Positions 14,163-21,474 of a stretch of DNA of 32,000 nt are shown here, piece after piece (within the stretch, counting starts at the first letter, position 1; the number at the start of each line of letters is the position of its first letter). Origin of the DNA: an uncultured bacterium (GTDB lineage Bacteria > Auribacterota > JACPWU01); contig CAZXEQ010000007.1 in NCBI GenBank assembly GCA_964640155.1, forward strand, positions 120,001-152,000, written 5' to 3'. The notes beneath the pieces were generated by a model. It had not been told where the DNA came from. It searched no databases and saw nothing but the letters and a program-made list of their open reading frames with translations. A program made the translations under genes and the position numbers.

Positions 14163-15422
14163 ATGAAAAAAATTATCACTATCTCTACAGGCACGGAGTT
14201 GATGTTGGGTTATGTCATGGACCAAGATTTTGGATTTATGGCAAAGGAGTTTTCCAAAATAGGATGTCCTGTGTATCGCCATTACACGGTTGGGGATGAT
14301 TTTAAGGAGCTTCAAAAAGTTTTTGCAGAAGCTCTTTTTCTGTCTGATATTGTTGTTCTATCAGGGGGATTAGGTCCTACCACAGATGATTTGACCCGAG
14401 AAGTGGTGTCTAGCGTCCTCAAAAGGCCTTTGGAGATGAACAAAACTGTTCTAAAGGATCTTAAGCGTAAATTTCATAAAAGGGGCCTAGAAGTTCCTCT
14501 ATCTAATGAGAAGCAAGCTCTTGTATTAAAAGGAGCAAAAGTGATTTCCAATCACTTTGGAACAGCTCCTGGAATGTACATTCAAGAAAAAAAGAAAAAA
14601 ATTTTTTTACTTCCAGGTCCACCTTTTGAATTAAATCCCATGTTTGAGAGAAATGTAAAAGCTGTTATTCAAGCTGCGATTAAGAAAGATCGACTTCGTT
14701 TTATAAGTTTTAGAACTTTTGGAATTCGGGAATCAGATGTTCAAGAAAGAATGAGTAAAATTTTTAAGGATGCTCCAAAATTTTTGAATGGTCTTGGATA
14801 CACGTCGTCACCTCATGGTGTGGATGTTCGAGTAGCTGGTAAAGAGCGAAGTTGGGATAAACTTTTTTCTTTTATTCAACGGCTCGAAAAAGATCTTAAA
14901 GAGTGGATTTATGGATTGAATCGAGAATCAATGGAAGAGATTGTTGCAAAATTATTATTTCAAAAAAATAAAACTTTAGCCATTGCTGAATCTTGTACAG
15001 GAGGACTTTTAGCTCAGAGACTTACCAGCATTTCTGGGATTTCTAAGGTATTTAAATTAGGTGTTGTTTCTTATTCTAATGAAGCAAAACAAAATATTTT
15101 AGGTGTTCGATCAAAAACTCTTCAGAAATTTGGTGCTGTGAGTCAAGAGGTTGCTTCAGAAATGGCTTTAGGTGTTCGCAAGAAAGCTAGATCTGATTTT
15201 GGTGTATCTATCACAGGCATTGCAGGTCCAACAGGGGGATCTCCTGAAAAACCTGTAGGGTTGGTGTGGATTGGTTTAACAGATGGTAAAAAAACTTATG
15301 TGCAAGAGCATCATTTTCTCGGCAGCCGCGATGTAATTCAATTCAAAGCCTCTCAAGCGGCGTTAGATATGTTGAGAAGATTATTACTGCATCAGAATCG
15401 AGCGAACCAAGAAATTATTTAA
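14163..15422 (+). CDS. cinA: CinA-family competence/damage-inducible protein (MoCF-type domain plus PncC-type NMN amidohydrolase domain)
   Basis: GGLGPTTDDLTRE motif in the N-terminal domain and LAIAESCTGGLLA in the C-terminal domain; positioned upstream of recA. Confidence 0.9.
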   Translation: MKKIITISTGTELMLGYVMDQDFGFMAKEFSKIGCPVYRHYTVGDDFKELQKVFAEALFLSDIVVLSGGLGPTTDDLTREVVSSVLKRPLEMNKTVLKDLKRKFHKRGLEVPLSNEKQALVLKGAKVISNHFGTAPGMYIQEKKKKIFLLPGPPFELNPMFERNVKAVIQAAIKKDRLRFISFRTFGIRESDVQERMSKIFKDAPKFLNGLGYTSSPHGVDVRVAGKERSWDKLFSFIQRLEKDLKEWIYGLNRESMEEIVAKLLFQKNKTLAIAESCTGGLLAQRLTSISGISKVFKLGVVSYSNEAKQNILGVRSKTLQKFGAVSQEVASEMALGVRKKARSDFGVSITGIAGPTGGSPEKPVGLVWIGLTDGKKTYVQEHHFLGSRDVIQFKASQAALDMLRRLLLHQNRANQEII

Positions 15423-15488
15423 AAATGGGTCCCGGATATCCCACGGGACTGCTTCGCTGAAAGATTTCCGGGATGACAAGCTAAAATA

Positions 15489-16043
15489 ATGCGTATTTTT
15501 ATTGCAGTTGAAATTCCTCATGAAATTCGAGAAAAAATCTATAAAGATTTAGTGCCTCTGCGTAAAACCTTCCCAAAAGTTAAATGGATTCGTCCTGAAA
15601 ATCTTCATTTAACTCTGAAATTTTTAGGAGAAGTTTCAGAGAAAAAGCTTAAAGTTATTCATGAGAAAATATCGGATCTTTCATCTTTCAAATCTTTTTC
15701 GATTAAATTTTTGGGTTTAGGTGGTTTTCCAAATTTAAGTCGTCCAAAAGTTATTTGGATGGGGATTGATCAAGGGGAGGAAGAACTATCTAATATAGCT
15801 TCTTATCTAGAATCTGAACTGGAAAAAGTGGGATTCCACCTTGAGAATCGCTCCTTTCAAGCACATTTGACTTTGGCAAGAGTAAAAGATTTTAGAGAGG
15901 TAAAAGGCTTTTGCGAAAAAGCCTCTTTTTTTGATAAAACAAGCTTTGCGAGTTTTTCGGTAAATATGGTATCTTTGATACAAAGTTCCCTGACTCGGGA
16001 GGGAGCCACTTATCAATGCTTGCATCAGATAAGGTTAGGTTAA
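15489..16043 (+). CDS. thpR: RNA 2',3'-cyclic phosphodiesterase (2H phosphoesterase, LigT/ThpR family)
   Basis: 184 aa with the two H-x-T-x motifs of the family (NLHLTLKFLGE and QAHLTLARV). Confidence 0.88.
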   Translation: MRIFIAVEIPHEIREKIYKDLVPLRKTFPKVKWIRPENLHLTLKFLGEVSEKKLKVIHEKISDLSSFKSFSIKFLGLGGFPNLSRPKVIWMGIDQGEEELSNIASYLESELEKVGFHLENRSFQAHLTLARVKDFREVKGFCEKASFFDKTSFASFSVNMVSLIQSSLTREGATYQCLHQIRLG

Positions 16044-16091
16044 AAGGCGTATAACTTTTACAATTTTTCATTTTAAATAAAGGGGCCAGCA

Positions 16092-17147
16092 ATGCCAGAG
16101 TCAGCCACATTACAAGACAGACAAGAGCAGAAAGAAAAACAGGAAAAAACGGATTCAGGAAGAGATAAAGCTTTAGAAGTTGCAGTTGGTCAAATTGAAA
16201 AACAATTTGGTCAAGGGGCCATCATGCTTTTGGGATCAGATCGTCCGGTGGTTCCTATTTCTGCTATTTCAACAGGGGCACTGTCTTTAGATATCGCTTT
16301 AGGAATTGGGGGAGTTCCGCGAGGACGTATTGTTGAAATTTTTGGACCTGAATCTTCTGGTAAGACAACATTAGCTCTTCAAATTGTGGCCAATGCCCAA
16401 AAAGCAGGTGGAAAAGCGGCATACATTGATGCAGAACATGCACTTGATCCCGCCTACTCAAAAATAATCGGCGTAGATATTCAAAGCTTACTTATCTCTC
16501 AACCTGATTGTGGTGAAGATGCACTCAACATTGCTGAAGTTTTGGTTCGTTCCAATGCATTGGATGTTATTGTTGTGGATTCGGTAGCAGCATTGGTCCC
16601 TCGTGTTGAAATTGAAGGCGAAATTGGTGATCAGCACATGGGGCTTCAAGCCAGACTGATGAGTCAGGCTTTAAGAAAATTAACAGCATCCATTAGCAAA
16701 TCAAGAACCTGTGCTATTTTTATTAATCAGATCAGAGAAAAAATTGGTGTGATGTTTGGCAATCCTGAAACTACACCGGGTGGACGCGCGCTTAAATTTT
16801 ATTCATCTGTGCGGTTGGATATTCGACGTACAGGATCTATCAAAGATCCTAAGGGTGTTGTTGTGGGTAATCAAGTAAAGGTTAAAGTAGTAAAGAACAA
16901 AGTAGCACCTCCTTTCCGTGAAGGTGAATTTGATATTCTTTTTGGAGAAGGTATTTCAAAAGAAGGTACAGTGGTGGATGTAGGAGCTGCTTTGGGCGTT
17001 ATCGAGAAAAAAGGGACTTGGTTTGCCTATAAGAATGACAAGTTAGGACAGGGCAGAGAACAAGCGCGCGATTTCTTGAAAAAAGAGAGAGCCGTGATGC
17101 AAGCCATTGTGAAGGAAATTAAGGAAAAGACAGGACTTAAAGTTTAA
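16092..17147 (+). CDS. recA: Recombinase RecA
   Basis: Walker [13 protein letters not shown]; [37 protein letters not shown]; SD-like AAAGGGG upstream. Confidence 0.97.
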   Translation: MPESATLQDRQEQKEKQEKTDSGRDKALEVAVGQIEKQFGQGAIMLLGSDRPVVPISAISTGALSLDIALGIGGVPRGRIVEIFGPESSGKTTLALQIVANAQKAGGKAAYIDAEHALDPAYSKIIGVDIQSLLISQPDCGEDALNIAEVLVRSNALDVIVVDSVAALVPRVEIEGEIGDQHMGLQARLMSQALRKLTASISKSRTCAIFINQIREKIGVMFGNPETTPGGRALKFYSSVRLDIRRTGSIKDPKGVVVGNQVKVKVVKNKVAPPFREGEFDILFGEGISKEGTVVDVGAALGVIEKKGTWFAYKNDKLGQGREQARDFLKKERAVMQAIVKEIKEKTGLKV

Positions 17148-17162
17148 TTTTTATTAAAGAAG

Positions 17163-17264
17163 TAGTTCGTAGTTAGTAATTCTGCGCCAGAGGCGCATCC
17201 GCCTTTAGTGGAGTATTTCGCATTGTTAGCGAACTACGAGTTACATGTACGAACTATTTTTTTT
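17163..17264 (+). terminator. Rho-independent terminator embedded in a compound palindrome between recA and alaS
   Basis: TAGTTCGTA (17163-17171) pairs with TACGAACTA (17248-17256), followed directly by T8 (17257-17264). An inner perfect hairpin TGCGCC-AGA-GGCGCA lies at 17183-17197. A second copy, CGAACTAC (17231-17238), offers an alternative pairing partner. Confidence 0.6.
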
Positions 17265-17288
17265 GTTTGAATGTATGTAAGGGATAAA

Positions 17289-19934
17289 ATGCAATCAAAA
17301 GAACTCCGGAAATCATTTCTAAATTTCTTTGCTTCTAAAGGCCACACCGTTGTGGCCAGTGATACTCTTGTGCCTAAGGGAGACCCAACACTTCTTTTTA
17401 CAACAGCTGGGATGGTTCAGTTTAAACCTCTTTATGCAGGGGCTCCTTTGCAATTCAAAAGAGCTGCAACTTGTCAAAAATGTTTGCGAGCCGGAGGAAA
17501 GGGCAGTGATTTAGAAAATGTGGGAAAGACGATTCGACATCACACCTTTTTTGAAATGCTTGGAAACTTTTCTTTTGGAGATTATTTCAAAGAAGATGCG
17601 ATTGTTTGGGCCTGGGAATTCTTAACAAAAATTGTCAAACTAGATCCTGAAAAGTTGTTTCCTTCTGTTTTTAGAGATGATGATGAAGCCTTCTCTATAT
17701 GGCATAAAAAAATAGGACTTCCTGAAAAGAAAATTGTTCGATTAGGAGAAAAAGATAATTTTTGGGGCCCTGCAGGGGATTCAGGAGCTTGCGGACCATC
17801 CTCTGAAATTTATTTTGATTTGGGTCCAGCCCGAGGTTGTGGAAAATCAACATGTGCGCCTGGATGTGATTGTGAACGTTTTATAGAAATATGGAATTTG
17901 GTTTTCCCTCAATTTGATCAATCGCCTGATGGAAGTCGAAAACCTTTAGCCAGACGCGGCATTGATACAGGAATGGGTTTGGAGCGCGTTACTTTTGTTT
18001 CAGAAGGACTGGAAAGTAATTACGCAAGCGATCTTTTTAAACCCATCATTCACGAAATTTCGAAATACACTTCAAGACCATATGGTAGTGCAACTCAAAT
18101 GGCCTATCATGTGATTGCAGATCATGTGAGGGCTTTGACATTTGCTATTGGGGATCAAATCACTCCTTCCAATGAAGGTCGGGGCTATGTCTTAAGGAGA
18201 ATTTTGCGACGTGCAAGTCGATATGCTCAAAAGTTAGAAATTCGAGAGCCTATTCTTTATAAGTTAGTTGCAATTGTGGTGGATTTAATGAAAGAAGTTT
18301 ATCCAGAGCTTGTTGAGACAAGAGAAAATATTGCTCGAATGATTAAATTTGAAGAAGAAAGATTTATCGGAACAATTTCTTTTGGACTGACCGTTCTTGA
18401 AGATTTAATGAAAACCCAAGACTCTAGTTCTTTAGGAAATAAAGGTAAGGTCATTTCAGGTGAAGACTTATTTAGACTTTATGATACTTATGGATTTCCC
18501 CTAGAAATGGCTCAAGAAGTAGCAGAAGAAGAAGGTTTCTCTATTGATGAAGTTACATTTAAAAATCTTATGTCCAAGCAAAAAGAACGATCCAGAGCCA
18601 GTTGGGTCGGAACCAGTCAAGTTGGTAAAGCGGTTGCTTTGGAAGAGCTAAAAACCAAGATTGGCTCGACAGAATTTTTGGGGTATCAGGGTTTGTCCAG
18701 CGATGCGAAAGTTTTAGCAATTTTAAAGGATAATGCTGGAATTCCAGAGGCTCAAACGGGAGATAAAATAGACATTATCTTAAATAGATCTCCTTTTTAT
18801 GGTGAAGGGGGAGGACAAATTGGGGATAAAGGAATTTTGAGCACTCCTCAAGGTGAAGTACAAATTTTAGATACTCAGTGGCCCATTGAAGGTCTTACCG
18901 TTCATCATGGACAGGTGAAGAGAGGTGTTGTACGGGTCGGAGATGAAGTTTTGGCTTCTGTAGACCCTGCGACACGGGCAGCAACAGCTAGACATCACAC
19001 AGCAACGCATCTGTTACATTATGCTTTAAGAAAAGTCCTTGGGACTCATGTGAAACAGGCAGGTTCATTGGTAAATCCAGAACGATTTCGTTTTGATTTT
19101 GCTCATTTCACAAAACTTGCAAATGTTGAACTGGAGCATATTGAATCTTTGGTCAATGAAAGAATAGTTGAAAACACACCTTTAAGAACACTAGTGCTTC
19201 CTATTGAAGAAGCTCGAAAAGTGGGTGCGATTGCCTTTTTCGGTGATAAGTATGGAGATGTTGTGCGAGTGATTGATATTGGAGGATACAGTATTGAATT
19301 TTGTGGAGGGACCCATGTCAAGGCCACGGGAGAAATTGGGTTATTTAAAATATTTTCAGAGTCAAGCGTTGCTAGTGGAGTGCGCCGAATTGAAGCGGTT
19401 TCGGGACTCAAAGCTTATGAATCTGTTCGCCAAACCTCACAAACTCTTGCTGATTTGTGCAATCTCTTGAGCGTTTCTCCTCAAGACGCTTTTGTTCGAA
19501 TGGAAAAATTATTAGAAGAAAAGAAACGCTTAGAAAAAGAACTTCAAGCAGAACAAATAGATAAAGCTCAAGGAGAGCTTGCGCAGATTTTAAATTCTCC
19601 TAAGAAAATTAAAGATGCTCCGATCTATGTAGGTTCCTTTCAGGATTTAGATAGTCAAGCTTTACGTAATCTGGCCGAGCAGTTGAAAAGCAAAATCACC
19701 TCAGGTGTAATTGTTTTAGCTTCTCAAAAAGAGGATAGAGCTTTTATCTTAAGCATGGTTACAGATGATTTGATAAAAAAAGGTTTTCATGCAGGAAAAA
19801 TCGTCCAAGAACTTGCCAAAAAAGTGGATGGCGGTGGTGGTGGTAAACCCGAACTTGCCCAAGCAGGTGGTAAAGACCCTTCAAAGCTTCCTCAAGCCCT
19901 TGAGTTTCTCCCGGAGCTTCTATCTAAATTTTAG
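17289..19934 (+). CDS. alaS: Alanine--tRNA ligase
   Basis: N-terminus MQSKELRKSFLNFFASKGH, FTTAGMVQFKP, HHTFFEMLGNFSFGDYFK, editing-site HHTATHLLH and FCGGTH, C-terminal GGGGGKPELAQAGG. The ORF track starts at ATG 17271, but ATG 17289 is preceded by AAGGGA at good spacing. Confidence 0.95.
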   Translation: MQSKELRKSFLNFFASKGHTVVASDTLVPKGDPTLLFTTAGMVQFKPLYAGAPLQFKRAATCQKCLRAGGKGSDLENVGKTIRHHTFFEMLGNFSFGDYFKEDAIVWAWEFLTKIVKLDPEKLFPSVFRDDDEAFSIWHKKIGLPEKKIVRLGEKDNFWGPAGDSGACGPSSEIYFDLGPARGCGKSTCAPGCDCERFIEIWNLVFPQFDQSPDGSRKPLARRGIDTGMGLERVTFVSEGLESNYASDLFKPIIHEISKYTSRPYGSATQMAYHVIADHVRALTFAIGDQITPSNEGRGYVLRRILRRASRYAQKLEIREPILYKLVAIVVDLMKEVYPELVETRENIARMIKFEEERFIGTISFGLTVLEDLMKTQDSSSLGNKGKVISGEDLFRLYDTYGFPLEMAQEVAEEEGFSIDEVTFKNLMSKQKERSRASWVGTSQVGKAVALEELKTKIGSTEFLGYQGLSSDAKVLAILKDNAGIPEAQTGDKIDIILNRSPFYGEGGGQIGDKGILSTPQGEVQILDTQWPIEGLTVHHGQVKRGVVRVGDEVLASVDPATRAATARHHTATHLLHYALRKVLGTHVKQAGSLVNPERFRFDFAHFTKLANVELEHIESLVNERIVENTPLRTLVLPIEEARKVGAIAFFGDKYGDVVRVIDIGGYSIEFCGGTHVKATGEIGLFKIFSESSVASGVRRIEAVSGLKAYESVRQTSQTLADLCNLLSVSPQDAFVRMEKLLEEKKRLEKELQAEQIDKAQGELAQILNSPKKIKDAPIYVGSFQDLDSQALRNLAEQLKSKITSGVIVLASQKEDRAFILSMVTDDLIKKGFHAGKIVQELAKKVDGGGGGKPELAQAGGKDPSKLPQALEFLPELLSKF

Positions 19935-20008
19935 TTTCGTTCCTTCTTTTGTAGCAGAGATGAAGAAACTTTCCTCGTTTTGTGAATATTCCTCAATTTC
20001 AAAAACTA

Positions 20009-20037
20009 TTGACAAAGTAAGCCTCTATTCTTACAAT
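20009..20037 (+). promoter_or_regulatory. Sigma70-type promoter upstream of mraZ
   Basis: TTGACA (20009-14), an exact 17-nt spacer, then TACAAT (20032-37). Confidence 0.6.
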
Positions 20038-20073
20038 ATGGGTAAATATGGGATTTTAATGGAATAAATGGGA
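20038..20073 (+). promoter_or_regulatory. Four direct ATGG(G/A) repeats with roughly 10-nt period: candidate MraZ operator
   Basis: TGGG at 20039 and 20049, TGGA at 20060, TGGG at 20069, all between the -10 box and the mraZ ATG. This resembles the TGGGN direct repeats bound by E. coli MraZ at its own promoter. Confidence 0.5.
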
Positions 20074-20080
20074 AAAACTC

Positions 20081-20524
20081 ATGTTTCTTGGGATTTTTGA
20101 CCATCGCATTGACAACCGTGACAGGATCAGTGTTCCAGCGCGCATGCGTGAGGGGCTGTATGGGGGGGGCTCTGATCATCCTGTCATGACCATTGGATTT
20201 GAGAAATGTCTTTATATTTATTCAAAATCGCGATGGGAGAAGTTTGCCAATGGAGTGGAAACACTTCAAACCAGTAGTGAAAATGCCCGTCGACTTGAAA
20301 GATTTCTTTTTGCAAATGCCATTGAATGTCCAATAGACCCACAAGGCAGAATCGTCGTCACTAAAAGTCTTAGAGAGTACGCAGAGTTAAAAGATGAAGT
20401 TGTGATTGTAGGGGTGCGCCACCGAATAGAAATTTGGGATAAGGGTGGATGGCAAAGAGAATCACGAAAGATTAAAGAGATGTCTAAGAGTATTGCTGAG
20501 AAAAGCGCAGGGTTTTCAATTTAA
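20081..20524 (+). CDS. mraZ: Transcriptional regulator MraZ
   Basis: 147 aa; N-terminus MFLGIFDHRIDNRDRISVPARMR; a second half-domain DPQGRIVVTKSLREYA (the two DxxxR motifs). Confidence 0.9.
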   Translation: MFLGIFDHRIDNRDRISVPARMREGLYGGGSDHPVMTIGFEKCLYIYSKSRWEKFANGVETLQTSSENARRLERFLFANAIECPIDPQGRIVVTKSLREYAELKDEVVIVGVRHRIEIWDKGGWQRESRKIKEMSKSIAEKSAGFSI

Positions 20525-20560
20525 ATCAAAGCTCAAAATCTCTAACTCAAAGGACGGTAA

Positions 20561-20653
20561 ATGGAAAATAATTCAAAATTCAAAAATAAAGATAATCAGG
20601 AAAATTTAATTTTTTCAGATTTTTGGTTGTCGTTTTTAATATTTAGGTCTTAA
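20561..20653 (+). CDS. Candidate 30-aa small ORF (MENNSKFKNKDNQENLIFSDFWLSFLIFRS)
   Basis: ATG 20561 is preceded by AAGGA with a 6-nt spacer; the N-terminal half is polar and the C-terminal half hydrophobic. It is below the ORF-track size cutoff and has no support other than the SD. Confidence 0.2.
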   Translation: MENNSKFKNKDNQENLIFSDFWLSFLIFRS

Positions 20654-20682
20654 TTCTTGATCTAAAAATGAAAGGGGGGGCT

Positions 20683-21456
20683 ATGAATATGAATAGAAAT
20701 TTCAAAGCTCTTTTAAGTCAGTTCTGTGGATTTCACTTTTCAGAAGATGAAGCTCGGGAACATTGGTATTGTGTGACACATCATCAAAAAGGTCTTGAAG
20801 AGACCTTGGCTAGGCCTATTGGTTTTTCTGTTGCTCTGGCAGACTATTTTCTAAATGTTCTAAGAAAAAACAGAGAAATATTTATTGTAGAACCACAAGA
20901 TTTTATTCAAATGAAGGATTCTGCTTATCAGGATTCACTGACAGGCCTTTATAATCGTCGTTATTTGAAGGATTACCTGGAGAAGGAGTTTGAAAAGACG
21001 AAGCGCTATTCCATTGTCTTCTCCATTCTTTTTTTAGATATTGATCGGTTTAAAATTCTCAATGATCAGTATGGACATGCCTGTGGTGACCATGTGCTTA
21101 AGAGAGTGGCGGAGATTCTTAAGCATTCTTCTCGAAATTCAGATCTTGTTGCTCGATTTGGGGGGGAAGAATTTGTAGTTGTCATGCCTCAAACATTGGG
21201 GAGAAAAACGCTTGAGGTTGCTCAAAGATTAAGGCGAAATATAGAATCTCAAGTATTTGATGTTCCTGGAGTGAGGGAGCCTATTCGCCTTACGCTCAGT
21301 GGGGGGATAGCCACGTGCCCTATGGATGCTAAGAATTATGATGAATTGCTTCATCGGGCTGATCAGGCTATGTACTTTGCTAAGACTCAGGGGAGAAATC
21401 AGATTTTTCATTATCGGGATATATCAGAAAAGGCTTTAAGAGAAGCAAATCTATAA
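20683..21456 (+). CDS. GGDEF-domain diguanylate cyclase with an RxxD I-site
   Basis: LTGLYNRRYL, RFGGEEFVVV active site, RNSD five residues upstream. The ORF track starts at ATG 20668, but AAAGGGGGGG at 20671-80 looks like the SD for ATG 20683. Confidence 0.88.
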   Translation: MNMNRNFKALLSQFCGFHFSEDEAREHWYCVTHHQKGLEETLARPIGFSVALADYFLNVLRKNREIFIVEPQDFIQMKDSAYQDSLTGLYNRRYLKDYLEKEFEKTKRYSIVFSILFLDIDRFKILNDQYGHACGDHVLKRVAEILKHSSRNSDLVARFGGEEFVVVMPQTLGRKTLEVAQRLRRNIESQVFDVPGVREPIRLTLSGGIATCPMDAKNYDELLHRADQAMYFAKTQGRNQIFHYRDISEKALREANL

Positions 21457-21474
21457 TTAGGGCTTGTGGTGAAA

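Noticed and set aside
15429-15474. GC-rich hairpin GTCCCG-N9-CGGGAC (15429-15449), with an alternative partner TCCGGGA at 15467-15473, between cinA and thpR.
   Set aside because: There is no T-tract and the stem is short, so I do not call it a terminator. It may be a minor mRNA structure within the operon.
16044-16091. I looked for a LexA/SOS-type palindrome (CTGT-N8-ACAG or GAAC-N4-GTTC) upstream of recA.
   Set aside because: None is present in the 48-nt spacer. The GAAC/GTTC-like heptamers occur downstream of recA, in the terminator element instead.
17148-17288. Possible T-box or riboswitch leader for alaS.
   Set aside because: The spacer is only about 140 nt, and I see no specifier-loop/T-box consensus. 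A structured terminator/attenuator is the simpler description.
17271-17288. Upstream ATG 17271 as the alaS start, as in the ORF track.
   Set aside because: It adds MYVRDK with no SD. ATG 17289 has AAGGGA upstream and gives the conserved AlaRS N-terminus.
19789-20067. A 92-aa plus-strand ORF spanning the alaS 3' end and the alaS-mraZ spacer.
   Set aside because: It overlaps alaS out of frame and runs through the mraZ promoter and TGGG boxes. Its C-terminal MGKYGILME is simply the repeat array translated.
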